Source of the DNA: Yuukianura sp. NJ FZ-2021
Taxonomy: Eukaryota
DNA length: 64,000 nt
Assembly: GCA_046563655.1 (NCBI GenBank)
Contig: CM102290.1
Location: 4,898,001-4,962,000, forward strand
Reading direction: 5' to 3'
Every line of letters begins with the position of its first letter. The first letter of the stretch is position 1. The notes beneath the pieces are model-generated. The model made no database searches. It saw nothing but the letters and a program-made list of their open reading frames with translations, and was not told the origin of the DNA. The position numbers were made by a program, and so were the translations under genes. Of the stretch, positions 51,792-64,000 are shown one piece after another.

Positions 51792-53220
51792 GACCGCTGT
51801 CCCTCACGATGGCAATTTCTAAAACTGTTTTTTAGTTAGCTTTAAAAGTTTTTTGGCGTTCTTTTAAAAACGAAAGGTTAAAGTTATGTCTAATTCTTTT
51901 TTTTTTTGAAAAACAAGTATGATGTGAATAGAACAAAATTGAAATGATGAGTACAGAATAGTTACTTAGCACCTTCTAAAAGGAAGCTAAAACTGGAGTG
52001 AAGGCAAACTGACGCTTCTCCGTTGCTAATATGCTTCTTAAATATTCCTTGTATCTCGCAACTGAAACTAAAGCTATAAGATTATTTTCTGTCATCAATT
52101 TCCATAATTGAATCTAGTCTAATCGTAGAAATGAAGCAGACATAGGCCATGGCATTGCATTAATTCATTCCCATTGTTCACTTTGGGGTAAAGGATCTAC
52201 CATGCCTTAGTTCTCTATTGTATTCTAACTTAAATAATTGTACTTTAAATATTTTGACAAATTTTTAACTTTTTTTTTGTGGTCCGATGACTTTTGACTT
52301 CCCGTAGAACAATGCGTCATATTTTTCTAATGTACGTGAATTTTGAACTTTTGAAAAATTTGAGTGTGATTTTTTACATGACATGACACTAGGAAAATGG
52401 AAACTAAAAGTTCAACAACTTTTGTCGCCTTGACCTCAAGTCATGGAATGAAGTAAAATCCCCGGCCTTATGTCAGCGAGTAATAAGAAACTCAGAACAA
52501 GTCAGAGGTCATCAAAATAAAACTTATGAGTAAAACTCGCATGATCCAATTCTAGTACTAACATGACTTCTAATCCTAATCGTGCCCACGCACCAAGACT
52601 ATGCCTAAGAAATAGTGCAGACTTAATTTAGGTGGAAGTGCTGTGCGTGCGAATTTACGCAAAACCGGCACAAAAAGTTCAACTAAAGATGGTGGTCGAC
52701 TTGAAACTTTGATAGATGACCCTATTTCCACTGACCTCATCACCTTCAAAGAAATAGAAGAAAACGATTATTACGAAACTGGACAGCCTGCATTTGGAGA
52801 TCCCAATTTTGAAGTCATCATAATTTCGAAATGAAAAATGGAACAACTTAACGCAATTACGTATCCAATTCTTTCATGGTGACACTTCAGCACAACCTGA
52901 CTATTCGAATTCTCAATCCGTGTGAAAATCCACTAAAAGAAGAGTTGACGAAATTTCTGGAAGAAAAGAAACACATGAGACAGCGAATGGCCGTACGGAA
53001 TCGAGTTTCAGTTTTACTAAAATTCAACGTGGTGTATCTACTTTGATTACAAAAGTACTATACTCCCACGTATCCGATCTTGATCCTAAACTATTATTCA
53101 TAACCGTGTGAAAATATGAACTTATTAAGTGAGGACAGTACAAAGTACTAGAGAAGAAATAAAATCATGAGGAAAATGATGCTTTAAACGCATCTCTTAA
53201 CATCTAAGATCGCCTTAAGT

Positions 53221-56168
53221 TCAATAAATATTCCGCCGAATAGGGCCAGCGCGAGGATCTGACCTCTCTGCCCTTCCAGAATCGAATGGTTTATCTGGAG
53301 GTAGTGACTTGCCGTTGCCATGATCACCGGAAGGACGTCGATAAGGCCTTCCCTGAGAACTCGGTCTTTCTGAAGAGAAGGATCTTCCACGTTGAGGCCG
53401 TTCTGTTCTAGATGGGTCGTAGGGACGTTCTGGTCTAACTCCTCTTACGTCAAATGGACGTTCCGGCCGAAATGTTCTTCCCGCGTCGGATGGGCGCTCT
53501 GGTCGTACGTTTCTTGCCGAATCGGGGCGTTCTGGTCGTACACTCCTTGCTGAATCGGACGGACGCTCCGGTCTGATTGCTCTTGCTGAATCCGAGGGTC
53601 GCTCTGGTCTAATCACTCTCGCTGAATCGGAGGGGCGCTCTGGCCTAATTGCCCTTGCTGTGTCGTAGGGGCGCTCTGTGCTAACAGATCTTGCTGGGTC
53701 AGAGGGGCGTTCTGAACGAACAGTTCTAGCTGAGTCGAAGGGACGCTCTGGTCTGACTCCTGTTGCAGGATCGAGGGGGCGCTGTGGTCGGACGTCTCTT
53801 TCTGAGCCAACGGGACGCTCTGGCCGAACTGCTCTTGATGAGTCTACGGGACGTTCTGTCTTAATTTTCTTATCCGCTTCGGTGGATCGCTCACGCTCTG
53901 AATGTGTTGTTCGCTCCGATGAGATCGGACGTTCCGGACGAATCGTCCTAGATGACTCGGAAGGTCTTGCTGGATGAAATGATATTGGTTGTCCAATTGA
54001 TCCAGTTCCTCGGTTTGGCTGATCTCGTCGTTCATGACGATCTGACTTAGGTAAATATGGCCGATCGTGTCTACTGTTAGATCTTCCGGAATCGAACGGC
54101 CTTTCTGGGCGAAATTTACCAACATCGTGTGGACGGTTTGACTTCAAAATTTCCGTCCCCGACCTCGCGGCTTCTGGTCGAACTGGATTTCTCTGTGTCA
54201 CGCGCCCTTCCTGACGGTGTATTCTTCTTGGATCAAGTGCAGATGCTACGCGCAAGGCAGCGTCAACCGAGCCTGCGCGCAAAACAGTTGGTGTAGATGG
54301 AAAATGTCTTGGTCCAGTAGTGCCCCTTCCGGCAGCCTGCAATGCTTTCTGTCTCCTGTAGAACTCTTGCCTAGCAGCCGCAATCTTCAATTTCCCTTCC
54401 TGAAACGCTACTTCGGCTGAGTCCACGATACCAGGAGGTCGAATCGTTCGATCAGAGCCAGGTACTCCTGTTGCCAACATTTTTCCATTTCCGTCAAGTT
54501 TTGGTAATTTATTTGGTGGTCCAAATCTGCTCCTTCGCCCACAACGCCTCAGCTCTTCCACTCTGTCATGCCTTGGACCACTGTGTCTGGTCACCGGGTT
54601 GAATCGCTTCTCTTGTCCAATGCAATGACTTGACTTTGGATCCTCGGGTACGAGTTTATCGGATCGATTGGGACGATCATATGGACGGACAAACGTGTGT
54701 GATGGTGGATTGATGTTTTCTTTGGTTGGTTCGGCAGAGGAAGCCGTTGCTTCAACTACTGGGCGAGGTTTGTGGCGATGATCAATATGAGCTTGCAAAT
54801 CTCGCATCGATAAATACGTTCGGCGACAGCCTTCATATCCATAGTACGTACCTAAAATAATTTAAAAAAGATGAATCACATTTGAGAATTCGTTGCTACG
54901 CTGCTAAAGTCGAAGTTCGTAAACAAATAAAATACGTTTTTGGTTGTCAATTATTCGCGTACAGTATAAATAAAACTGAACACACTAACGAAATGTGATT
55001 GAGAAGTTAGGCAAATTTAAGATGTAGCCAGTAAAACATACCTTCATGGTAACACATGAACACAGAGCCCAATTTCGCCCTCTCGATTTCGTAGACACGC
55101 TCGTCGCAGCGAGCACAGCGTGTAGGAGATTTGTAGGCACATACTAAGCAAAAAATATGCTTACAGTATATCTGAAAATAAAAATGAAAAGAGAGGATTA
55201 AAGTGATTGCCAATTTCGGAGTCCCATTCATAATATTAATAATACAAAACAACTAACCAGACGTCCATATATAAGTATAGGATGTTTGCAGAGATCGCAC
55301 ATGTGAATGTTTGGAGATGGCAGAGATTCGGCAACTTTGCTACGCTTAAACTTCCATTGAAATTGTTCCATAATTTGAGGTTGTTTCAAATGCGTAAGGA
55401 AAGACGCCATAAACGGTTGGTGAATTTTTCCTCGAACGATTGAGTCAACTAAAAAAAAAGACGAAATTCAGCGGGCCTCTGTTGTAATCAAATATTAGAC
55501 TAAATCACTTACTTTCATTTGTCATTGCTGCTTCAATTTCCATCATCCGCTTCATTCTCTTTTCACCTGATAAAAAAGGAAATATGAGGACGGATACCAA
55601 ATTATTAACACCACAATGAATAATTCATTTTCTGCTTGCTTTCGGACTCCATATCCTTAGGATCTCGTTCTGTCACCGACGGAGACGGAACAGGAGCTAG
55701 AACTACTGCTGGAGGTGGCTCTGGTTCTGCTGTAGCGCCAACTGTTTCTTCACCTAAGAAATACAGTACCTTATGTTAATCGTTTGTTACTCATCACCCG
55801 ATCTGACAGTATCGACTCACTTTCCAGTTCTTCAGGAGAAGACTCCACAATATTGTCCACCACATCACTCGTCTCGATTACTTGCTCTTGCTCATCGTCA
55901 CTCTCAATCACCTGATAAATAAAAAAAACTAAAAACTTGGTTTTGGCCATTACAATTCTGGGAAACCATTTTAACAGAGAAATTCACAGCGTTATGATTC
56001 TAATCCATTAACGCTAAGAAACAACGCAACGCAAAACGATTACAGAACTCGACTCACCATCTTCCTCTTACGACCGCGACCACGACCAGTGGCAGCACCG
56101 CGACCTCTGGCACGACCACGCCCTCTTCCTCTACCCCTTCCACGTCCACGTTTAGCTTCTCCGACCAT
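53221..56168 (-). CDS. Hakai: E3 ubiquitin ligase Hakai (CBLL1): RG-rich N-terminus, RING plus HYB zinc domain, long repetitive C-terminus; exons 56058-56168, 55821-55911, 55640-55753, 55513-55566, 55258-55448, 55042-55171, 53221-54851; ~773 aa
   Basis: RING [28 protein letters not shown]...CARC, then GSVFMC...GCRRTYLSMRDLQAHIDHRH, the Hakai HYB signature. The exon 3 donor must be non-canonical (GC) or give a 42-nt intron. Confidence 0.92.
53390..53945 (-). repeat. Coding tandem repeat, ~36-bp/12-aa unit RPERP(S/F/Y)DSARxx, ~14-15 copies, in the Hakai last exon
   Basis: Translation ...RPERPFDSARTV RSERPSDPARSV STERPYDTARAI RPERPSDSARVI RPERPSDSARAI RPERPSDSARSV RPERPDSARNV RPERPSDAGRTF RPERPFDVRGV RPERPYDPSRTE. 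Confidence 0.95.
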
Positions 56169-57712
56169 TTCCTCGGTATTCCAAGATTCAGTTTTCTAAA
56201 TAACGCAATACAGAGGGGAGATCAGCGGAATTCGACAATGTTGTGAAGTACAAACGAAGAAACAATTACCCGAAACTTCCGTCCAACTGCTGAACTGCAG
56301 ATGATCGAAAACGAGTAACGTTTTTGTTCACGTTACTAATTAACTAAACTAAAGTAATAATTGTACATAAACTAAAGATAACTCTAATCAAATTGAAAAG
56401 AAGAGATCGACTAAAGACTAAACTCAGAAATTACAAATTAACTTCCAAGCTCACTGTCTTTTGCATTTATTTCAAGCGTACATCGGCACCAAATACAACC
56501 GTTTCAAAATTATGAGAATTTTTTCCGGTCGCCGTTGGTCGTATTTTGTAAAAATTCAAACTAAAATTTTGTTTTAGTTTGGTAACAAATTTACAATCGA
56601 CTAGCTTGTAGAAGTTTAAATAGCTGATGTGCCGTTCCAGCAAGTGTTGTGCCACTAATAAAGTTCTGAAGTTGAGAACATTGAAAATTCATGTCAAACT
56701 GTAAGCGGCGAAACTTTGCCGACGAATGCGTAGTAACAATATTTGCCGGTGTAGATTTTACAGCCGCCCAAAACAAAATTCAGTGCTGGGCAAAAATTAA
56801 CCTGTTCAAATTTCAACGTATTTAACGAACAAAAATCTCTTCTGTACATGAAAATTACATCTTTTCTTTATTTTGAACCAAAAATATCTTCAATAATTTC
56901 ACATTTTACTAAACTCCGTAAAATAAATTTGATAACTCTCAGATTTAAAATAATTGCCAAATTCCCGCGCTTATGTGCTTTAAAATAAAAGATGCCCCAG
57001 TAACAAGAAACACAGCTTCCACTACTCGAACCTTGAACGTAAAATTTGTGCTACAATTTTTATACGTCGTCGTCCAATATTGGAGTTGGTTTAACCAACT
57101 TGGTTAGGTTAGGTTAGTTGCTTTCTTTTAATTCTTGTAGTTTGATGTTTTTAAACTGACCATTTGTTTATTGAATTTTCTCGTACTGAAGTCAATTGAA
57201 CGTCAAAATAGTCGGATTTTTTGCTGCTGAAATTATTCTTACATATAACGTAACTCTAAACAATTTAAAATTGTTTAAATTCCACAACGGTAACGACGTA
57301 TCGGAATTCCGGAAAACTCTAAAATGTAACTTCCTAATTTAAGAGAAACTAAAATTTTCGACAATATTGTTTTCTTTAAACCACGATAAAACAGTTCGAT
57401 TAGTTCCGAACATTCGTGTTCCATCATCAAAATTGCTAACGGCAACGAAATGATTTTACAGTAAACAAAGGGTCAGAAATAAAAAATCAAAATATAGATT
57501 GTCAAAAATTTGGAGATTTATAATTCGAAAATGCCCGGGATAAATTGTAGCCTTGGCAACATCCTTCACCGCCAGTCATAGCTGGAAAAACAAATTCGAT
57601 TCCAAACAATCCTTTTCGCTTTCGCCGAACTTGAAAACATACAAAAATTATTATTATTTCGAGCTTTTCCTTATGATTGTCAATCCCAAAATCCCGTTGT
57701 AGGTGTCTAGCA

Positions 57713-58514
57713 ATGGCAGAATGTCCTTGTCCTTGTCCACCGGTCAAATTGATGGGATGCAACTTGGATTCGAGTATCCACTACCTAAGTCCCAGAGCTC
57801 AACTCAAATGTCAAAACGTGTGTCGCCCAAGTTGTCACCGATGTCGACCGAAACCATTTGGTAATTGCGGCTTACTTTTGAAAGTGTTATGATGATTAGC
57901 CCATTAAACCCCACCTTTGTGTAGTTTACCGACCTGGGGATGGTGATCGCTATGGCCTTTGTCGTGACGATCCCTGCTTTGGCGGACCGAGCAACAAGGC
58001 TCCGCCACAAAATCCGAATGCTGCCGACTCATTGGCTGAAACAGACGCTTGTTGTGACCCCGGATTCTGTATTCCAAGGGACAGTTGCATGTACCCCAAA
58101 CGAGACTATGTTCAAGGCAACGCTGCAGAAGCCACCCGCGGAGTTCCAAGGGTTCCGCACCCCAGAATTGCTCTGGATCGTTTTGGAAATACTACGGATT
58201 GGTGCAAATCAGGCTACGCTCGAAATCGTATCTTTGGCAAATACTATGCTCGAATGCCAGCGTATATGTGTTCAGTCAAAGAACGATTGGCAATGGAAGA
58301 CTACAAGTTGCGTTGCGTCCTTGCCCGTGAAGGTCGTGTTTGCAGTGATGTTGGACATAACGTCATGAATCAATTTGGTCTGTTGGATATACTGCACTCG
58401 AAGAATCCCTTGGTACACCAAAGCAAACTCTACATCAAGCCAAGAATCCAAGTATCAACTCAACCCGAATGTGATTGTTGTCAGATGCCACACCCTTGCT
58501 TTCGCCCATGCTAA
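57713..58514 (+). CDS. Uncharacterised Cys/Pro-rich protein; exons 57713-57860, 57925-58514; 245 aa
   Basis: ATG in good context (GCAATGG) after an upstream acceptor at 57702; a 64-nt GT-AG intron joins two ORFs in frame (MAECPCPCPP...RPKPF/VYRPGDG...ECDCCQMPHPCFRPC*); AATAAA at 58670-58675. No family recognised. Confidence 0.75.
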
Positions 58515-58829
58515 ATTGCTTTACAAAAACTTTCCAATGTACGAAATCCTTAAGATTTGAATCAAAATTTCGAAACATTTTACTCAAGTTTCCAACTTAT
58601 CAAAATTCTAAAATGAATATAAGGTACTAACTACAAACTTACCAAACAGCGCATTAACAAATTTTTGAAAATAAAGAAAAGTAATTACTCGACTCGGTCG
58701 GTTTTATGAAAATGTGAAAGTAGCCAATATAGGTTTGAATTTCCAATTCAATTTCAATTCCTATTCGAATATATGTAGGAATGACCTAGGTTATTTCTCC
58801 TTAATCGGTTTAACGGATGATGATGATTG

Positions 58830-61800
58830 TTCCCTGGCAAAGTGATAGATAGATGTAGGGTGGACCTAAATAAGTATTGGATTGACTTCGATATCATTTT
58901 CATTTGGCCAACAGATCACAGAATTGGACATGATCCATTGTCGATTTGTCTTGAAGCGAGACGGGTCAGTTCCAGCCTTTGGAGAGGTCAGCTATTGTAT
59001 ATACTTTGGGCGGGGAGGTTGGTGGGGGAGGTTACATACTAACTGAGCCGCCTGACATTTGAAACGAGACATAACCTTTGTCCAAAGTTAAAGAAGTGTA
59101 ACCGAGTTGGTGGGTCCATGTCTCAGAGTCATGTTTTGAGAAACAGGGAAACTTTTTCAAAAAAAAACTTTTGTTATTATTTTGATTTCCTTTGATGGGA
59201 AAGCAGGAAAGCAATTGGCATAATGGCCATTGGTCATCCACCGCCTGCTGAGGTCTCCATTGTATACATGGCTTCCCCTCCCACGCATTGACCCAACTTT
59301 TGAAGTAATGACTTTTTCAGCCTCCTCGGACCCACCCTGTCATAATCCACCGTCCATTGTCCGCACCACCACCACCACCCTTGGTCAGGTCATCTTCCTA
59401 ACTCTCTGTTCAAATGGAACAACACAACAGAGACTCCTGCTGGGGATGCTCCTGAATCCCTTGAACCATGAATCCTCAACTTTTGTGATCTGATCTTCGG
59501 AGGTAAAAAGAAATTGGAATGATCATTTCTTGATTGGACAGTCTGATAAAGATTGTTGATCTTCTTGACATGGACAAGGAAGAAACCTTCTCGGCCTTCT
59601 TTGACTTTGACCCTATGTAACAATGTCCACGGATTTGTTCAACATGGGTCGTTAAAATCCCTGTTCCAACTACTATTTATTACCGGACAACTTTTAGATC
59701 TTGAGCAGTTGTTGACGCAAAGGGCTCCCCCTGTCCAGGGCCAGAGGACGAAGGACTAGCAGAGACGAGTGATCAATGATCAAAGGCCTCCTCAACCAAA
59801 ATTTTTCGGTGACATTTTCATCTTGAAGATCTGAATTCTTGGAATTTTTTCCCTGGACCAAACCCGCAGCGCCTGTCGCTGTCTTCATTTTCAAAAATGA
59901 CATGTGACGCTTTCTCCTAAAACGGAGAAAGTGTTAAAAGACTATTCCTACTTAAAGTGACATTATATGAGTGAAGATGAAGACAAATTTTAGACAAAAT
60001 TCTCAAAAGAAAATCATGTATTTGAGTATTTCTTTCGAAATTACTTCATCACCGGCATTGTTTTGATGCGTTTTGCGGAAAATTGAAAGTTGGAGCCTTG
60101 AGGGTCTCCGTTACAATAACTGTACAGGTTGAACCTTTGAAACCTACCGGGAGACTTTGAGGTTGATGTTAATGAGGTAACAAGGATTGAGTGGAAAGTG
60201 ACTTAAGTGCCGCCTGCCCCCTGATGGGCTCTGTTGGTTTTAGGCGCCTCGGACAGACAGACAGTTCCTTCTAATCCTTCCTCTTTATTTAGGCAAAGGA
60301 AGGTGGGCCCTTTGCCACCAAGAACAATGACCACTGGCCCCTTCCAATTTGCCCAGAGCCCTTGGCATCTCCGCCCCCTTCGACAGCCAAAGACCTTGAG
60401 GATCCGCCTTTCTTGGACTAACTCGGACTCTTCGGGTGTATGCACAAGGGCTCCTTGGAATTCCTTTGCGAGAACGCTGGTTAGCCTAACATTTTCGGGT
60501 AAGACCACCGAAGTAGTCCTCATCTGCCTCATTTAAGTTCTCAACGCAGCAGATTAAATTTTCCTAACGAGTTTCAACAAAATGGAAAGGTAAACAGCAA
60601 AGCTTCAATGAAATTACATGCTTCACTTTTCGTTCCAAGGATCATAAAAACGAGAAGACTTCAAGGCTTGGCGGGGCGGGAAGATTTAGTTGTTCGGAGC
60701 TGGACCTACTGCGAGGGGGTATGGGGTAGATATGGAGCGAAATCATGATGATGACGATATATCGTTGCACTATCCCTGGAGTTAAGATATGTTACTACGC
60801 TAACCGCAACACTTCCCTACGCTGCAAACGTTGAGTATCCGCAGTTACACATTTTACACAAAATCCTACGCAACTTTCTTCTAAACTTTCAATTCGAGCG
60901 GCGAAGGCTTCATAGAAAATGCAAGGCAGAAAAGTCACTTTTTTTTTCTTCTTTTTTTTTTATAAATGTCAGTGCCCACGGTCACTTTTCAAATTGCCAA
61001 GTCAGCGCCATAATTTTGTCATTTGAAATTGTCTCCTTGCACGAATTTAAACCAAAATTACCCGGACTTTATAGTACTCCAATTTCCACGAAAAAAACGT
61101 TCGGGCGTTCTTTCTGATCTGGGTCCATGTCACGACAAAAGACGCTCGTTATTTATAATGATTGGATCCTAAGGTAAATTAATGGGAAGTTGGCAAATTA
61201 GCAAGAACGATGATCTAAGGATAAGAACCAAAAGAAGCCGAAGTGGTTTCCAAAATGCAAATTACCGCGCTGTCGGATGGATCACCTACCACCAAAACCA
61301 GCTTCAACTTCTTCAAAATGAACCTGCTCCTCTTTCGGCACAATGGCGGAAAAGTTGCGCCTTGGAATTTCGGAAGAAGAAAAAACTGGCTCTGAAGTCT
61401 ATCACTTTCCATGAGAAATGATGATGAAGTTGGTTAGAGTTAGACTGGAAAATGACAGAGATGAACTTTCTGAGAACGAAGGTGTTTGTTCCTCCACTTC
61501 ATCAATCTTGACATGTCAATCTTTAGAGTCCAAAGACGTTTCTTTGACCTTTGACACCCTGCGGCGGTCGAGGATGAAGCGCCAAACTCAAATTTGTGTT
61601 CAACTTTGTTAACTCTGCGTCGTACATAAGGTTTTTTTAGTAGAACAAAACAAAGGACACAAATCGATCATCTTTGTGACATCAAAATTTTCTTTAAAAA
61701 AAGAAGAAAACTTACTCTTTCACCGAAGCTGCAATTTGCGCCGAGTCGCTTGTCGCTTCCTTTTCCTGCTAAACTTTGTAACAAAAAGTTGAAATACTGC
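58830..61800 (-). other. Possible spliced non-coding transcript or decayed gene
   Basis: GC-richer blocks separated by segments with minus-strand GT-AG boundaries (59917-60044, 59613-59683, donor GTAAGT near 61715), but every frame is broken by stop codons. Confidence 0.25.
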
Positions 61801-64000
61801 CAAGAATCCAGAAAAGTTAACCCAAACTGCCAACCAAGATCGATTGCTTTTCGTTAGGATAATGTTAAAACTTGAGTGTAGGTATGACAAAACTTCGTAC
61901 TCAAATTTTTACATACAGCATTCCCTCAACTTTTTCATTCCTCAAAAAGTATTGGTCAATCGATGTGAAAAAAAGCACGATTTGATTTAAAAATTTGTGT
62001 TTGCCTTGAAGCAAAGCCATATTTTGTTATGTAATTCAAAATGTGATCAACAATTCGAGTAACCACCAGTTCAAAGACAGGGAGAGCCCAATTACAATTA
62101 AAAATAGGTTTCTTAAACAAGGTTTTCAATTTCCATGAAGACAAGGAGGATGATGGATGGATGGGGAGGGGGTTCGAAGATTTGAAGACCCCCCGCTTTT
62201 CCGGAAGTTTTTGAAAGAGGTCATGTTAGTATAAGAGTGGATGTAGTTTAAGTGTAATTGATTTCAAAGTAAACGGAGGGTAGCCCATACTTAATTTTAT
62301 ACCCTAAAATTAGTATCCTCTTCCTAACCACCTCCCAAAATGCCACCGGGAAATTTCAAACCCAATTTTGAATTTTCAAAAAAGAATAAACCCACAACTT
62401 ATCTTTGCACCGAACCACCAATCCTCCATATGCTCTGACCTTGTCATGTCATGTCACTATTTCTTACCATGCACATGACCACATGGCACGAGATAAAATT
62501 TCGACGAAAAATTGAACAAACTCTAAACTGTTTTCCAAAAATTTTAGCAGACGGTACGGTTTGAGTTTGATGAGCTCTTAAATGTTGCATAACCTTTGAC
62601 CCGCCTCCTTCGTTAGTCCAAGGTGCCACTTTGGCTTGACTTTTTCAAGGTGGAGAAAGTTTCAAGGTGGGCTTCGCAGTGGAGTAATTGATGCCTTTGG
62701 TTTTCTTAACGTGATAAGGTCGTTATTGACACAGTGCGCGTAAAGAGGGTACGAAGGGATCCATCAATTACTTGTTAAGTGGGATCCTGGAGCAATTGGA
62801 GCCCTTGACTCTGTCAATTACATCTTCAGAAGAGCAGTTATTACGAAAGGGATCTTCTCCACTTATCCACAATTACTTGGGAAATATATTTATTAGCATA
62901 CTTTTCAACGAGGTGGCAATTTTCCATGGAAGACCTCCACCATTGATATGATCCTTCAAAAAAAATTCTTGCTAGTTTAAACATTTTTTTTTGACAATTT
63001 CAAGTTCCTAGAGTTCGAAGTGGTTGACAAATGACACAATAGGAGGAAATCATACCCAATTTTGTGTTATTTGACAATTTCAACCATTGAAGTAACACAC
63101 CCACATAAAAAACTAAATAGAAGCTTGACAATACGAAACCAAAAGGGGTGACATGCAATCAATGTCCATCCGAAATCAAATCTCCCGCCCTCCAGGACGC
63201 CATACTTTTTTACTTGTTGAGGCCTAGTTTGGCTCAAGGTTTTTGAACGCATAACTAGGAAGTTCAATTTATGAGAGGTCAGTTCCAGGAGGTGTGGCAG
63301 GCATCGTTGAACAAGAATTTTGAAAATTACTTTTACTCTTTGAAAATTTTCCCTCAATTCATGTGTCTGTCTAAAGCGAAAACGTTTTTAGAGGCGGTAA
63401 AGGTGACGTTAGCATCTCCATTTTATGTGCTCCTGTCTCTTTTGTCCCTTGTGATGCTTATATTTTCCAATGGATTTTTTTTTAATTTGTAACAAGAGTA
63501 ATGGAAATGCATGTTTAGGCCATAGGTTTCGGCTAGGAATTTTTCAGTGAATGACAAAATTGCGGGAACTTTGGAATGTAATTTGTTGTGGTTTCCGGGC
63601 GTTACGGCTTTTCTGGAGGAAGGGAGACACATTTCATGTGTCACACAAAACACAATGAATGTAATTTCCAGAGACTCCAAATTGGGAATTCGAATTCCCG
63701 GAACCTTATTGCTGAGGTCAATCTGAAGCCAATTTCCATATTATTGGCTTCTTTTGTCGGTTTGTCGAAAAGATTCAAAGGAAAACGTTCTGGAAGCCAA
63801 TAATTATGCCCAATTCCAAACCAGCCACTAATTCATCCTGCTTTTTCCCAAGAAGAAAAGACTAATCATGTAATATTGAAGTGGGCGGTACTGGTTTGTT
63901 GTCACGGTCTGTCCAATATATCAGTATCAAGCTTTTGGACTTGACGAAACTGTGACACGACTTCAGTGAGAGGCGATTTGAGCTTTCCCTCCATCCTCTT

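Noticed and set aside
53613..54420. Alternative-frame and antisense ORFs over the Hakai last exon
   Set aside because: By-products of the repetitive, GC-richer coding sequence.
62150..62195. (GATG)n run followed by GGGGGT...ACCCCC stem
   Set aside because: Too short to assign to a repeat family without a genome-wide search.
1..64000. Most 60-120 aa ORFs in the supplied track
   Set aside because: Non-ATG starts, Lys/Phe-rich translations of A/T runs, intronic or antisense location; not supported as genes.

Overview
Eukaryotic, intron-rich, AT-rich arthropod-type (hexapod/pancrustacean-like) genomic DNA; the supplied ORF track uses GTG/TTG starts and ignores splicing, so most of its short ORFs are spurious. 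By splicing exons by hand (GT-AG boundaries, phase checked) I reconstruct eight protein-coding genes: Musashi/Rbp6-like RRM protein (-), RpL23A with a histone-H1-like N-terminal extension (-), Rab34/Rab36-like GTPase (+), group III secreted phospholipase A2 (-), transcobalamin/intrinsic-factor-like cobalamin-binding protein (-), GH30 glucosylceramidase-like enzyme (-), Hakai/CBLL1 E3 ligase (-) and an unrecognised Cys/Pro-rich protein (+). An intronic box C/D snoRNA (SNORD79-type 28S guide) lies in RpL23A. Most notable: the snoRNA; a 12-aa mixed-charge repeat array and a probable GC-AG intron in Hakai; active-site substitutions in the GH30 enzyme; and a layered post-transcriptional architecture around Musashi (internal 5' splice site in the last exon, uORF overlapping the start, UAG-element clusters, an 18-bp intronic hairpin). 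No prokaryote-type system, CRISPR array, tRNA, rRNA or intact transposon was found. All family assignments come from remembered motifs, not database searches.
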